From contig CAVSLC010000016.1 of assembly GCA_963728565.1 (NCBI GenBank), positions 1-64,000 on the forward strand: a DNA stretch of 64,000 bases, given 5' to 3'. Origin of the DNA: an uncultured delta proteobacterium. GTDB taxonomy: Bacteria > Desulfobacterota > Binatia > UBA9968. Both the position numbers and the translations under genes were made by a program. This document shows positions 59,867-64,000 of this stretch, piece by piece. A model generated the notes under the pieces. That model was not told the DNA's origin. It saw nothing but the letters and a program-made list of their open reading frames with translations, and ran no database searches. Numbering within the stretch: position 1 is the first letter of the stretch; every line of letters begins with the position of its first letter.

Positions 59867-60724
59867 TTAGGCTACCTTGGATACTTGCGCTGCTGAGTCA
59901 GCTGAAAAGCCCTTCTCAAGCCACCACTTTGCAATTTCACTACCGGTAGCGAACCAAACGCCCTCATGGGATTTCATATATTCGATCAAATCAGACAATG
60001 TCTTGGCTCGGCCGGGCCGGCTAGAGATATACGGATGAAATTGGAACGGGCAGAACGTCGGCGCTATTTTTGACTCTTCATAGAACTGGTCGAACATAGC
60101 CTTCCATACCGCTAACGTGTCCTTTGGATTGCCTGAATCTCGATGGCCGTAGGTCCTGCCGTCGCCAAACGGTTGTCGGGGTAGTTCGACGAGCTGCTTG
60201 TCTCCATTTTGCCAGACAAACGGTAAATCAAACGAGAAAGAATTGCTGTTCCACAGAAACCCGTGTTCCATCAGCAATTCCAAGCTATTCGGGCTTTGCG
60301 TGCACGAACGCCATCCGACCGGCGGTTTTTGGGCGCGGTTGAGAAGCATTTCACTGGTTCGCTTCATAACATCGCGCTCCTCCTCCTTGCTCAGATCACG
60401 GGCAACTTCATGATGATAGCCATGGCCCGCCACTTCGTGCCCTTGAGCGATGATCGCCGCAACGGCTTCCGGGTACCTTTCCGCGATCCCGCCGCAGGTA
60501 AGAAATGTTGCCTTTACATCGTTGGCCGAAAGGATGCGCAGGATTCGCCAGATACCGGTATTGGGGCCGTATTCAGCCTGAGTGTACTCTTCATGATTGA
60601 TCCTGCCATTCTTGTCCGGCCGAACATCCTCGCCGCCTTGGAAATCAAAGCTTAGAAACACCGCGATCCGATTGTTGCCGGGCCAGAATACGTTGCCGCG
60701 AGAATGACGTTGTTGCAGCTCCAT
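59867..60724 (-). CDS. Polysaccharide deacetylase family (PuuE/PgdA-like) protein
   Basis: 'FWPG', 'EYG...GIWRIL', 'KATF', 'HEVAGHGYHH', 'PVGWRS', 'FHPYIS.RPGR', 'VWFAT..EIA'. Confidence 0.88.
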   Translation of the reverse strand: MELQQRHSRGNVFWPGNNRIAVFLSFDFQGGEDVRPDKNGRINHEEYTQAEYGPNTGIWRILRILSANDVKATFLTCGGIAERYPEAVAAIIAQGHEVAGHGYHHEVARDLSKEEERDVMKRTSEMLLNRAQKPPVGWRSCTQSPNSLELLMEHGFLWNSNSFSFDLPFVWQNGDKQLVELPRQPFGDGRTYGHRDSGNPKDTLAVWKAMFDQFYEESKIAPTFCPFQFHPYISSRPGRAKTLSDLIEYMKSHEGVWFATGSEIAKWWLEKGFSADSAAQVSKVA

Positions 60725-60954
60725 TTTGAACCTCCTCAGTTCGCCTGCCTAAGTTGATTGAATGACTTCTCCACGCTCTCCATCGATGCGATGTTTGCAT
60801 TCACTAAAGTTCCTTTTAATCCACCCGCGTTAGCCTTGCAACCTGAATGCGCCACGTTGTTGCTCTGGAAAAAAGAATGTATAGAAAGAACGCGCCGGAA
60901 GGAAATAAACAGAAACCGCCTTCATAACCTGGAGTTCACGGCAGAGGAGGTTCG

Positions 60955-61956
60955 ATGGTTTGGCAGAATGCTATTCTGTTGCTGGCGCTGTCGCTTGCAA
61001 GCATAGGCGAAGCGCAAGAACGAACACTTCAACCGCTGGTGGTCTCTTATAGTTCGTTCACCGGCAACCGCGCGCCATTGTGGATCGCCAAAGATCTCGG
61101 ACTGTACGAAAAATATGGGCTCGACGTAAAACTTGTCAGCATCGCCGCTGGCAGCGTATCCCTGACTGCCCTACTCGCCGGCAATGTCCATTTAACCACC
61201 GATTCCAGCTCGGGTGTCGTGGGCGCGGTCGCCCGCGGCGCGCCGATTGTAACGGTTTCCACCAACGGCACATTGCCGTACCAGCTCATCGCAGTGCCTT
61301 CGATCAAATCCGCCTCGGAGCTGAGGGGAAAAATCGTCGGCAGCAGCCGCATCGGCGCGGGCACCGATTTTCTCCTGCGCCGAATCCTCACCAAGCTAAG
61401 CTTCACTCCAGGGAAAGACGTTTCGCTGATTCCCACCGGCGTGAGCGAATCGGAGAAGAGAATCCAACTCATGTTCCAGGGTAAGATCGATGCAACTATC
61501 GGGGAATCCGACAAAGTCTTTCAATTTACCGAGTTGAGCGGGCAAAAGATCTCAGTGCTGGGCGAACCGAAGGACTTTGGCGTTCCTTCACCGGGGAGCG
61601 AGATCAATACCACCCGGCAGATTCTGAAAGACTATCGGCCGCGGCTAAAGGCCTTTTTCATGGCTTACAGTGAGGCGATTGCGGCCGGCAGAAAAAACAA
61701 AGAGCTTGCCTATCAGGTATTCCGCAAATACATGCGGGTCGATAACCCGAAGCTGTTGGAGTTTACCTACAGAGTTCAGTTTCTGGAGGCGATTCCCGCC
61801 AGGCCCTATCCGCGGGAGGATGCCATTCAGGCGAGCATCGAGGACCTCAGGGAATCGACTCCCAAACTCGAAGGGATGAAGGCCGCAGAGTTTTTTGATC
61901 CGTCGTTGATCAGGGAAATAGATCAGGAAGGTTTTTTCACGAGAATAGAAAAATGA
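60955..61956 (+). CDS. NMT1/THI5-like substrate-binding protein
   Basis: Signal peptide; 'PLWIAKDLGLYEKYGLD', 'LRGKIVGSSRIGA'. Confidence 0.87.
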   Translation: MVWQNAILLLALSLASIGEAQERTLQPLVVSYSSFTGNRAPLWIAKDLGLYEKYGLDVKLVSIAAGSVSLTALLAGNVHLTTDSSSGVVGAVARGAPIVTVSTNGTLPYQLIAVPSIKSASELRGKIVGSSRIGAGTDFLLRRILTKLSFTPGKDVSLIPTGVSESEKRIQLMFQGKIDATIGESDKVFQFTELSGQKISVLGEPKDFGVPSPGSEINTTRQILKDYRPRLKAFFMAYSEAIAAGRKNKELAYQVFRKYMRVDNPKLLEFTYRVQFLEAIPARPYPREDAIQASIEDLRESTPKLEGMKAAEFFDPSLIREIDQEGFFTRIEK

Positions 61957-62921
61957 ATACCAAAAACGTGACAAGACTCGGGTTAACGCTGTTCGCGCTT
62001 ATTGTTTGGCCGCAAGCGTTGGCGCACTCGCAAGAGCGAGTTCGCATTGGGATCTCCGCGGCATCGCTGGGCTTTCTGCCCACGGTCTTGGCGGAAAAGA
62101 AAGGATTCTACAGTAAGCATGGAATCAACTCCGAGCATGTGTTGGTGCCTTGCGCGATTGCCACCAACGCTCTTCTCTCCGATGACTTGGATTACGCCGT
62201 CTGCACCGGACCCGGCATTGCAGGTGCGATAAAAGGGCTGCCGATAAAGCTGGTGATGACCACACAAGACAAACTCGGCTATCTTCTATTGGTCAAACCC
62301 GAGGTGCAGAAATTAACCGATTTGCGCGGCAAAACCATCGGCATCAGCACGTTCGGCAGCCAGTTGTATCTGACGAGCGTAACCCTGTTTCGTCAGGCCG
62401 GGATAGAACCCGGTAAGGACGTCAATCTTTTACCCGGAGGAGATAATACCGCCCGGCTAGCGGCGATGGATGCGGGAAAAATTGATGCGGCTTTCGTCTC
62501 ATCGCCGGCGGATATCTTTGGAGCGAAAAGAGGCTACAAAGTTCTCTTGTGGACGCGCGACCATGTTCCGCTGACGCAAAACGCCATGGTTGTGACAGAC
62601 AAGAGCCTGAAGCAATCGCCTGAACAGGTAAAGCGAACGATCAAGGGAACCATCGAGGCTCTTCAATTTATCAGAGATCACCAGGAAGAAAGCGTCGCCA
62701 TCGCTTCCAAGTGGTTGAAGCTCGATCTCGCCACCACACGCGCTGCTTTTGACAACTACCTGCCCTGCTACAGCCGCGATGGCGGCTTGTCTGATCAGGC
62801 ACTCAAGGATCTAGTCCGCTACGAGCTCGAGCGGGCAAACCTTAAAAAAGACATTCCGCTGAGCCAGGTAGCCAGCCGCGATCTGCTCCAACAAGCACAA
62901 AGGGAACTCAATGTCCGCTAA
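61953..62921 (+). CDS. NMT1/THI5-like substrate-binding protein
   Basis: Signal peptide; 'AEKKGFY', 'DLRGKTIGISTFGS', 'GKIDAA'; ATGA overlap with the previous gene. Confidence 0.87.
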   Translation: MNTKNVTRLGLTLFALIVWPQALAHSQERVRIGISAASLGFLPTVLAEKKGFYSKHGINSEHVLVPCAIATNALLSDDLDYAVCTGPGIAGAIKGLPIKLVMTTQDKLGYLLLVKPEVQKLTDLRGKTIGISTFGSQLYLTSVTLFRQAGIEPGKDVNLLPGGDNTARLAAMDAGKIDAAFVSSPADIFGAKRGYKVLLWTRDHVPLTQNAMVVTDKSLKQSPEQVKRTIKGTIEALQFIRDHQEESVAIASKWLKLDLATTRAAFDNYLPCYSRDGGLSDQALKDLVRYELERANLKKDIPLSQVASRDLLQQAQRELNVR

Positions 62922-64000
62922 CCCCGGCGGTTCTAGTCGCACCGCTGTTCCTGCGCCACTCGATCATATTCGCGTACTCGACTTCACTCACGTCTTGGCC
63001 GGTCCGTTCTGCACCCGCCTGCTCGCCGATTTAGGCGCCGACGTGGTTCGGGTGGAAAGCAGCAAGCATCCCGACCATCCCTGGCAATCGACATACATCA
63101 GCGATGACCAGCGCCATGCTTCCTATTTAAATACCAACCGCAGCAAACGCTCCATCAGCATCGATCTTAAAAACGATGCAGGACAACAAATCGCCCTCAA
63201 GCTAGCCGCGGTTGCGGATGTGGTGATCGAAAATTTCAGCGCCGGCGTTATGCGTAGGCTCAAGCTCGATTTTGCGACGATTGAAAAGCTCAACCCGAGA
63301 ATCATTTACGTCAGCATGTCCGGTTATGGTCACAACGGCCCGCGCCGCGATTGGACCAGCATGAATATGAACCTGCAAGGATACAGCGGACTGATGACGG
63401 TCACCGGCGCGCGAAGGCGATCCGCCCACGGCTATTTCCAATTCATGGAATGATTACATCGGCGGGCTGCACGCCTGCTTCGCTGTTTTGCAGGCGATTG
63501 ACAAACGCCTCGGCAACGGCCGTGGCAGTCATATCGATTTGAGCCAGTTCGAATGCAGCGCGGCGATGATTGGACCTCTGTTGCTGAGCAGCGCCGTCAA
63601 CGGGAAGGTTCCGCATCGGCTCGGCAATCGTTCGGACATCGTTGCTCCCCAAGGGGTTTATCGCTGCGCCGGAGCGGACGATTGGTGCGCCGTGAGCATT
63701 GAGAACGGCGAGCAGTGGAAATCACTGGCCGAACTGCTGGGGAATGAAAAACTAAAATCGGACACTCGCCTAAGCAGTGCCGCCGGCCGGATGGATCAAC
63801 ATGATGAGATCGATCGCGAAATTGGAACCTGGACCAAACAGTATTCCAGCGCCGAAGTTGAACGGCGTCTGAAAGCAGCCGGAATTACCGGCTGAACGGG
63901 TGCGGCGCATCGATCAGGTGATCGATGAACCGGATCCGGCCACAGTTTTTTCACGCATGGAAGAGCGACGGATCGGTTCGATGCTGACGACCCGCCTACC
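62911..64000 (+). CDS. CaiB/BaiF CoA-transferase, frameshifted near 63410 and 63890, runs off the window
   Basis: 'PLDHIRVLDFTHVLAGP', 'NRSKRSISIDLK', 'ENFSAGVM', 'APQGVYRC...D.W'. Confidence 0.88.

Noticed and set aside
63893-63895. TGA in the CoA-transferase as a second Sec codon
   Set aside because: Not in a redox motif; a one-base shift restores '...GITAERVRRIDQV', so it is an indel.

Overview
Bacterial chromosomal window, roughly 55% GC by eye. Gene content (several orphan NMT1/THI5-like substrate-binding proteins, LLM oxidoreductases, MmgE/PrpD and CaiB paralogs, split gcvPA/gcvPB) suggests a deltaproteobacterial-like lineage such as Candidatus Binatia; that assignment is inference. 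Housekeeping loci: rpoZ, grxD-bolA, tatA, an ECF sigma/anti-sigma pair, and folD-gcvT-gcvH-gcvPA-gcvPB. Most other genes are catabolic. Highlights: (1) a complete SAM-I riboswitch with promoter, terminator and antiterminator ahead of a sulfur-relay operon (MoeB/ThiF, ThrC-like PLP enzyme, ubiquitin-like carrier ending GG-R, CysM-like enzyme, stand-alone NIL domain); (2) an AhpC/TSA-like selenoprotein (UxxC, in-frame TGA, SECIS-like hairpin) truncated by the ORF track, upstream of bolA-grxD; (3) an IS1182-family element with 19-bp TIRs and a 4-bp ACGA duplication inserted inside a 127-bp palindromic MITE-like element; (4) intergenic GTTCAA/TTGAAC and TGGAAC periodic repeats. About nine genes carry single-base frameshifts that look like assembly indels rather than real pseudogenes. 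No rRNA, tRNA or CRISPR array was seen. All family assignments come from motif recognition, not database searches.
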